Shown here piece by piece: positions 58,217-64,000 of a stretch of 64,000 bases of DNA; the stretch's first letter is position 1; each line of letters starts with the position of its first letter. Origin of the DNA: Cyclobacteriaceae bacterium (GTDB lineage: Bacteria > Bacteroidota > Bacteroidia > Cytophagales > Cyclobacteriaceae). The DNA lies in assembly GCA_041749015.1 (NCBI GenBank), contig JBGTCD010000155.1, positions 9,068 through 73,067 of the forward strand, read 5' to 3'. The position numbers and the translations under genes were made by a program. Under the pieces are notes generated by a model, which made no database searches, was not told where the DNA came from, and saw only the letters and a list, made by a program, of their open reading frames with translations.

Positions 58217-58774
58217 ATGAGTGAGCTAAAATGGTATGTGATTCGCGTGGTGAGCGGGCAGGAGAAAAAAGTAAAGACCTATCTGGAATCTGAAATTGAT
58301 AGGGAAAAACTCGTTGACTTTGTCCCTCAAATACTCATCCCTTCTGAAAAGGTGTACGAGATGCGCAATGGAAAAAAGCGGGTTCGTGAGAGAAACTTTT
58401 TTCCTGGTTATGTGATGGTACACGCTGATCTTACTAATGGGGAAGCCAACCATGTGGTAACCAATACCCCGGGAGTCATCGGATTCCTTGGAAACAACAG
58501 TGCTTCAGCCTCCAAAACTCCGGTACCTCTAAGACAGGCCGAGGTGAATAGGATACTGGGCAAGGTAGATGAAATGGACGAATTTGAGGAAAAACTGGAT
58601 ACACCTTTTATAGTAGGTGAGTCAGTAAAGGTGATGGATGGTCCTTTCAGTGGTTTTACCGGCTCTGTTGAAGAAGTTTTTGAAGAGAAAAAGAAACTCA
58701 ATGTAATGGTGAAGATCTTTGGGCGTAACACCCCTGTAGAACTCAATTACATGCAGGTAGAAAAAGTAGACTAA
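58217..58774 (+). CDS. nusG: transcription termination/antitermination factor NusG
   Basis: The NGN domain ([15 protein letters not shown]) and the KOW motif ([21 protein letters not shown]). The ATG at 58217 is preferred over the TTG at 58205. Confidence 0.95.
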   Translation: MSELKWYVIRVVSGQEKKVKTYLESEIDREKLVDFVPQILIPSEKVYEMRNGKKRVRERNFFPGYVMVHADLTNGEANHVVTNTPGVIGFLGNNSASASKTPVPLRQAEVNRILGKVDEMDEFEEKLDTPFIVGESVKVMDGPFSGFTGSVEEVFEEKKKLNVMVKIFGRNTPVELNYMQVEKVD

Positions 58775-58784
58775 TAATATAATA

Positions 58785-59228
58785 ATGGCTAAGGAAATTA
58801 GTGGATATCTGAAATTGCAAATACGTGGTGGTGCTGCAAATCCTTCACCACCTGTGGGCCCTGCTCTTGGTAGTAAAGGTCTCAATATCATGGATTTTTG
58901 CAAGCAGTTTAACGCCAGGACCCAGGAAAAACAAGGTCAGGTATTACCGGTGCTGATCACCATTTATGCAGACAAGACTTTTGATTTTGTGATCAAAACA
59001 CCGCCTGCTCCCGTGATGATCCTGGAGGCTGCAAAAAAGAAAAAAGGTTCTGCTGAGCCTAACAGGGCAAAGATAGGATCCATTACCTGGGATCAGGTAA
59101 AAACTATTGCAGAGTCAAAAATGGCAGATTTAAATGCCTTTAAAGTAGAATCAGCCATGAAAATGGTAGCAGGTACCGCCAGAAGTATGGGCGTGAAAGT
59201 TGCTGGTAAAGCACCCTGGGAAAATTAA
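58785..59228 (+). CDS. rplK: 50S ribosomal protein L11
   Basis: [15 protein letters not shown] motif; 147 aa. Confidence 0.97.
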   Translation: MAKEISGYLKLQIRGGAANPSPPVGPALGSKGLNIMDFCKQFNARTQEKQGQVLPVLITIYADKTFDFVIKTPPAPVMILEAAKKKKGSAEPNRAKIGSITWDQVKTIAESKMADLNAFKVESAMKMVAGTARSMGVKVAGKAPWEN

Positions 59229-59237
59229 AGAGAAGCA

Positions 59238-59936
59238 ATGGGAAAGTTGACAAAAAATCAAAAAGTAGTACTGGAGAAGTACAATCCTAATAAGGAGTAC
59301 TCTCTGGAAGATGCGGCCGCATTAGTGAAGGAAATCACTTTCACAAAATTTGACGGTTCGGTCGACCTGGATATCCGACTTGGGGTAGACCCTAAAAAGT
59401 CTGACCAGATGGTAAGGGGTATTGTTACCCTGCCTCACGGTACAGGAAAGGAATTGAAAGTATTGGTGCTTTGTACCCCTGACAAAGAGCAGGAGGCCAA
59501 AGATGCCGGAGCAGATTATGTAGGGCTGGACGATTACATCCAAAAGATCGAGGGTGGCTGGACAGAAATTGATGTGATTATTACCATGCCTACGGTTATG
59601 GCCAAGGTGGGTAAGCTGGGTAGAGTATTAGGACCAAGAGGTCTGATGCCAAATCCAAAGTCTGGTACCGTTACTCTCGAAGTTGGTAAGGCAGTCACTG
59701 ATATTAAATCTGGAAAGATTGATTTCAAAGTAGATAAGTTTGGTATTATCCACACTACAGTGGGCAGGGTATCCTTTACACCTGATAAAATCAGGGAAAA
59801 TGCATTGGAAATCATCCAAACCGTTTCGAAACTGAAGCCTGCTTCATCAAAGGGCACCTATTTTAGAAGTATTAATATTTCTAGCACCATGAGCCCTTCT
59901 ATTTCTATTGACAAAAACTCCATATCCGGAATATAA
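59238..59936 (+). CDS. rplA: 50S ribosomal protein L1
   Basis: 232 aa with the typical L1 sequence ([24 protein letters not shown]). Confidence 0.97.
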   Translation: MGKLTKNQKVVLEKYNPNKEYSLEDAAALVKEITFTKFDGSVDLDIRLGVDPKKSDQMVRGIVTLPHGTGKELKVLVLCTPDKEQEAKDAGADYVGLDDYIQKIEGGWTEIDVIITMPTVMAKVGKLGRVLGPRGLMPNPKSGTVTLEVGKAVTDIKSGKIDFKVDKFGIIHTTVGRVSFTPDKIRENALEIIQTVSKLKPASSKGTYFRSINISSTMSPSISIDKNSISGI

Positions 59937-59938
59937 TC

Positions 59939-60472
59939 ATGACACGTCAGGAAAAGGCAAATATAATCGACGCGCTGTCAGCAAAATTTCAGCAAAACAG
60001 CCACTTCTACATCACTGATGCCTCTGGACTATCAGTGGCTCAGGTCAATGCTTTGCGCAGGCTTTGCTTTGAAAGAGGTGTAGAATATGGTGTATATAAA
60101 AATACATTGGTCAAGAAAGCCCTGGAAAATGTTGAAGGGGATTTCACCGTTTTGAGCGATACCGCTTTAAAAGGTTTTACCGGGATTATGTTTACCCCTG
60201 AGGTAGGCAATTTACCCGCTAAATTGATAAAGGAATATAGGAAAAAACAGGATCAGAAGAAACCTGTTCTAAAGGCTGCTTCCATTGAATCCGAAGTTTA
60301 CATTGGTGAAGAGCATTTGGCCATGCTCGCCGAGCTCAAGTCTAAACCTGAGCTTATCGCTGATGTAATCATGCTGTTGCAATCCCCTGCCAAGAATGTG
60401 GTATCTGCTCTATTGAGTGGAAGAAGCAAACTTGCTGGTATTGTACAGACATTATCAGAAAGAAGTGAATAA
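59939..60472 (+). CDS. rplJ: 50S ribosomal protein L10
   Basis: 177 aa in the conserved position between rplA and rplL. Confidence 0.93.
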   Translation: MTRQEKANIIDALSAKFQQNSHFYITDASGLSVAQVNALRRLCFERGVEYGVYKNTLVKKALENVEGDFTVLSDTALKGFTGIMFTPEVGNLPAKLIKEYRKKQDQKKPVLKAASIESEVYIGEEHLAMLAELKSKPELIADVIMLLQSPAKNVVSALLSGRSKLAGIVQTLSERSE

Positions 60473-60509
60473 AAATTTTTAATTAAAACCGTTTTAAACA
60501 AAAGTAATA

Positions 60510-60893
60510 ATGGCAGATCTCAAATCATTCGCAGATCAATTGGTTAATCTCTCTGTGAAAGAGGTAAATGAACTAGCGGAAATCTTAAAATCAGAATACG
60601 GCATTGAGCCCGCAGCCGCTGCAGTAGCAGTAGCAGCAGGTCCTGCAGCAGGTGGTGGCGATGGTGCTGCTGCTGAAGAGAAAAGTGCATTCGACGTAGT
60701 GTTGAAATCACCAGGTGGGGCTAAGCTTGCTATCGTAAAACTAGTAAAAGAGCTGACCGGATTAGGGCTTAAAGAAGCTAAGGAATTAGTGGACGCTGCA
60801 CCTAAAGCGATCAAAGAAGGTGTTGCTAAAGATGAGGCTGAGTCTCTGAAAAAGCAACTCGAAGAAGCTGGAGCTGAAGTAGAATTGAAGTAG
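60510..60893 (+). CDS. rplL: 50S ribosomal protein L7/L12
   Basis: Ala-rich hinge followed by a C-terminal domain ([24 protein letters not shown]). Confidence 0.97.
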   Translation: MADLKSFADQLVNLSVKEVNELAEILKSEYGIEPAAAAVAVAAGPAAGGGDGAAAEEKSAFDVVLKSPGGAKLAIVKLVKELTGLGLKEAKELVDAAPKAIKEGVAKDEAESLKKQLEEAGAEVELK

Positions 60894-60920
60894 GTATTTT
60901 GAGGATAACCTATTTGGTTT

Positions 60921-60962
60921 CCTGAATTCCCATTCAGGCCCCGACAAACGTCGGGGTCTTTT
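60921..60962 (+). terminator. tandem hairpins / attenuator-terminator between rplL and rpoB
   Basis: cctgaat-tccc-attcagg is followed by ccccgac-aaac-gtcgggg and tctttt. Confidence 0.7.
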
Positions 60963-61062
60963 CCCGTTTCTAGCTATATATACAAGTCAACGGACTTGTG
61001 CATGCCCTAATTATTAGGGCTCAATTGACATTGATTTTTGGTACCTATAAATACTACAAGCC

Positions 61063-64000
61063 TTGGCTAAGCAAAACCAATTACAAAGGATTAACTTTTC
61101 ATCTATAAAGTCAGTAATCGATTATCCTGACTTTCTGGACATCCAATTACAATCATTCAAAGACTTTTTCCAGTTGGAAACTTCCGCAGATAAGCGGACT
61201 CAGGAGGGACTTTTTAAGGTTTTCTCTGAAAATTTTCCAATTTCTGATTCCAGGGAAAACTTCGTCCTTGAATTTATTGATTACCACGTAGACCCTCCAA
61301 AGTACACCGTAGATGAGTGTATCGACCGCGGGCTGACTTACTCTGTGCCCTTAAAGGCAAAGCTTAAGCTGACCTGTAATGACGAGGAAAACGAAGACTT
61401 CGAAACCATCGAGCAGGAAGTATTCCTGGGCAATATCCCCTACATGACTGCAAAGGGATCATTCGTCGTTAATGGAGCAGAAAGAGTAATTGTCTCTCAG
61501 TTGCACCGCTCCCCCGGAGTATTTTTTGCACAGAGCAAGCATACCAATGGTACCTCTCTTTATTCTGCGAGGATTATTCCTTTCAAAGGCTCGTGGATTG
61601 AATTTGCTACTGACGTGAACAACGTCATGTATGCTTATATTGATCGTAAAAAGAAATTTCCAGTAACTACTCTCCTCAGAGCAATTGGCTATGGTACTGA
61701 CAAAGACATCCTTGATCTGTTTGGATTGTCTGAAGAGGTAGATGCCACCGCCGCTAAGCTTAAAAAAGCCATCGGTCGCCAATTGGCAGCCAGAGTGCTT
61801 AAAACCTGGACGGAGGACTTCGTGGATGAAGATACAGGTGAGGTAGTTTCCATCGACAGAAATGAGATCCTATTGGAGCGTGATCATATCCTTACAGAAG
61901 ATGATATGGAGACCATCGTGGAGTCAGGTACCAAGTCGGTAATCCTTCACAGGGAAGATGTCAACGTCACAGACTTTACTATTATATTCAATACCCTTTC
62001 TAAAGATAATTCCAACTCAGAGAAAGAGGCTGTTGAAACCATTTACCGCCAGCTAAGAAATACCGAGGCACCTGACGAACAAACAGCACGGGATATCATC
62101 CAGAGCTTGTTCTTCAGCGACAAGAGGTATGACCTTGGTGAAGTAGGTCGGTACAGGATTAATAAAAAATTAGGTCTGGATATCGATTCAGATCAAAGGG
62201 TACTTACCAAGCAGGACATCATCCTGATTGTAAAATACCTGATCACATTGATCAATGCTAAAACCCTGGTCGATGATATTGACCACTTGAGCAACAGAAG
62301 GGTAAGAACAGTTGGCGAACAACTCTATACCCAGTTTGGTGTAGGTTTGGCACGTATGGCCCGTACGATTAAAGAGCGTATGAATGTTCGTGATAACGAA
62401 GATTTTAAGCCTGTAGATTTGATCAATGCCAGGACCTTGTCTTCTGTGATCAATTCATTTTTTGGTACCAACCAGCTTTCGCAGTTTATGGATCAGACCA
62501 ATCCTTTGGCTGAGATCACCCATAAGCGCAGGATGTCAGCTTTAGGACCTGGAGGACTTTCCAGAGAGCGAGCAGGTTTTGAGGTTAGAGATGTGCACTA
62601 CACCCATTATGGCAGATTGTGCACCATCGAGACTCCGGAAGGACCCAATATCGGTTTGATATCATCGCTTTGCGTTCATGCCAAGGTCAACAGTATGGGA
62701 TTCATTGAAACTCCTTACCGTAAGGTAGATAGTGGTAAAGTGAATATGACCAAAGATGTGGTGTTCCTTACAGCAGAGGAAGAAGATGATCATAATATTG
62801 CTCAGGCCAATGCGCCATTGAGTGATGCCGGCAAATTCCTCAACGATCGGGTAAAGGCAAGGTACGAGGGTGATTTTCCTGTTGTAGAGCCAAAAGAAAT
62901 CAAATACATGGACGTAGCGCCAAATCAGATTGTATCTGTGGCGGCTTCTATGATTCCATTCCTTGAGCATGATGATGCTAACAGGGCCTTGATGGGTTCT
63001 AACATGCAGCGTCAGGCGGTGCCATTGATGCGCCCTGAAGCGCCTATCGTAGGTACAGGACTTGAAAGTAGGGTAGCCCTGGATTCCAGAGCCCTTATTC
63101 TATCAGAAGGAAACGGTGTAGTAGACTTTGTGGATGCCACCAAAATCATTATTAAGTATAACCTTACCGAAGATGACAACTTGATCAACTTCGATAATGA
63201 GTATAAAACATACAGCCTGATTAAATTCAGAAGGACTAACCAGGATACCTGTATCAACCTCAAGCCATTGGTGATGAAGGGTGAAAAGGTAGTAGCCGGT
63301 CAGCCCCTTTGTGAAGGTTACGCGACCGCTGACGGTGAGCTTGCTCTTGGAAGAAACCTGATGGTGGCTTACATGCCATGGCAGGGGTATAACTTTGAGG
63401 ATGCCATCGTAATTTCTGAGCGCGTGGTAAGGGAGGACGTATTTACCTCCCTGCACATTGAGGAGTTTGAGCTGGAGGTAAGGGATACCAAAAGAGGCGA
63501 AGAAGAATTAACCTCTGAGATCCCTAACGTAAGTGAAGAAGCTGTAAGGAATTTGGATGAGCATGGTATCATCAGAATCGGGGCCGAGGTGCGTGAGGGA
63601 GATATCCTTATTGGAAAGATCACTCCTAAAGGAGAATCAGATCCTACTCCTGAGGAAAAATTGCTTCGCGCTATTTTTGGAGATAAAGCCGGCGATGTAA
63701 AAGATGCTTCTTTAAAAGCACCCCCTTCCTTGAAAGGGGTTGTCATCGACACCAAACTTTTCAGCAGACCTAAGAAGGATAAAGACCTTAGGGCACAATC
63801 CAAAAAGGATGTTGAAAAATTAAAATCCAAGTATAGCAAAGAGCTGCTGGAAATCAGAGGGATGATGATTGAGAAATTCTCTACTCTTCTCAACGGAAAA
63901 ACCTGCCAGGGCATCAAGCATAAATTTGGTGATGAGGTGGTGAGCAAAGGGGTGAAATTTTCAACCAAGTTGATTGAAAACAACTTATTCCCTGAGAAAA
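61063..64000 (+). CDS. rpoB: DNA-directed RNA polymerase subunit beta (5' part; runs off the window)
   Basis: The frame is open from the stop at 61048 to the window end and is not in the ORF track because no stop is reached. It encodes [41 protein letters not shown] and [30 protein letters not shown]. The only start candidate is the TTG at 61063. Confidence 0.93.
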   Translation, partial: MAKQNQLQRINFSSIKSVIDYPDFLDIQLQSFKDFFQLETSADKRTQEGLFKVFSENFPISDSRENFVLEFIDYHVDPPKYTVDECIDRGLTYSVPLKAKLKLTCNDEENEDFETIEQEVFLGNIPYMTAKGSFVVNGAERVIVSQLHRSPGVFFAQSKHTNGTSLYSARIIPFKGSWIEFATDVNNVMYAYIDRKKKFPVTTLLRAIGYGTDKDILDLFGLSEEVDATAAKLKKAIGRQLAARVLKTWTEDFVDEDTGEVVSIDRNEILLERDHILTEDDMETIVESGTKSVILHREDVNVTDFTIIFNTLSKDNSNSEKEAVETIYRQLRNTEAPDEQTARDIIQSLFFSDKRYDLGEVGRYRINKKLGLDIDSDQRVLTKQDIILIVKYLITLINAKTLVDDIDHLSNRRVRTVGEQLYTQFGVGLARMARTIKERMNVRDNEDFKPVDLINARTLSSVINSFFGTNQLSQFMDQTNPLAEITHKRRMSALGPGGLSRERAGFEVRDVHYTHYGRLCTIETPEGPNIGLISSLCVHAKVNSMGFIETPYRKVDSGKVNMTKDVVFLTAEEEDDHNIAQANAPLSDAGKFLNDRVKARYEGDFPVVEPKEIKYMDVAPNQIVSVAASMIPFLEHDDANRALMGSNMQRQAVPLMRPEAPIVGTGLESRVALDSRALILSEGNGVVDFVDATKIIIKYNLTEDDNLINFDNEYKTYSLIKFRRTNQDTCINLKPLVMKGEKVVAGQPLCEGYATADGELALGRNLMVAYMPWQGYNFEDAIVISERVVREDVFTSLHIEEFELEVRDTKRGEEELTSEIPNVSEEAVRNLDEHGIIRIGAEVREGDILIGKITPKGESDPTPEEKLLRAIFGDKAGDVKDASLKAPPSLKGVVIDTKLFSRPKKDKDLRAQSKKDVEKLKSKYSKELLEIRGMMIEKFSTLLNGKTCQGIKHKFGDEVVSKGVKFSTKLIENNLFPEK

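Noticed and set aside
60536-60814. 92-aa Ala/Ser-rich minus-strand ORF.
   Set aside because: It is antisense to rplL and is an artefact of the Ala-rich hinge codons.
61459-63983. Several minus-strand ORFs (107, 102, 83, 117 and 204 aa) at the right end of the window.
   Set aside because: All are antisense to the unambiguous rpoB reading frame. That frame is missing from the ORF track only because it has no stop inside the window.
1-64000. Searched all six frames for integrase, transposase, recombinase, reverse transcriptase, cas or phage structural genes.
   Set aside because: No ORF over 60 aa showed the corresponding hallmark motifs (for example the R..HxxR..Y tyrosine recombinase box, DDE, YxDD). 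None is reported.

Overview
This window looks like a chromosomal segment from a Bacteroidota genome, probably Cytophagales-like. That placement is inferred from gene order, protein N-termini and a -33 TTTG / -7 TAnnTTTG type promoter; no database search was possible. The two ends are core genome. The left end (1-15.9 kb) carries apt, a fused isobutyryl-CoA mutase (IcmF-type), a membrane-anchored patatin, an S1/P1 nuclease, a VanX-type dipeptidase, an oxidoreductase and several small DUF genes. The right end (37.2-64 kb) carries phoH, rarA, a LytS/LytTR two-component system, two ECF sigma/anti-sigma pairs, gmk, nadD, frr, pyrH, then tRNA-Tyr/Gly/Thr-tuf-tRNA-Trp-secE-nusG-rplKAJL and the start of rpoB. 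The stretch from about 15.9 to 36.9 kb reads as an accessory island abutting the 3' end of a tRNA-Leu(CAA) gene. It holds two paralogous ParDE-like toxin-antitoxin pairs, a VapB-like antitoxin whose PIN toxin is cut to 27 codons, and a secreted TPR-CHAT protease. It also holds a Tat-signal ferritin-like gene pair, an OmpR-type two-component system, and a tandem array of three 5'-truncated Rhs C-terminal toxin cassettes. Each cassette is followed by a small, visibly A+T-richer putative immunity ORF. No parental Rhs shell gene, integrase or transposase is visible in the window. The island is peppered with short hairpin repeat families. The Rhs cassettes are separated by a conserved junction element, with a fourth solo copy after the last cassette. 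The tRNA-Leu is flanked by hairpin-interrupted partial copies of its own 5' and 3' ends and by an orphan 3' fragment of mnmE. All domain calls rest on motif recognition by eye, and coordinates of short elements were counted manually.
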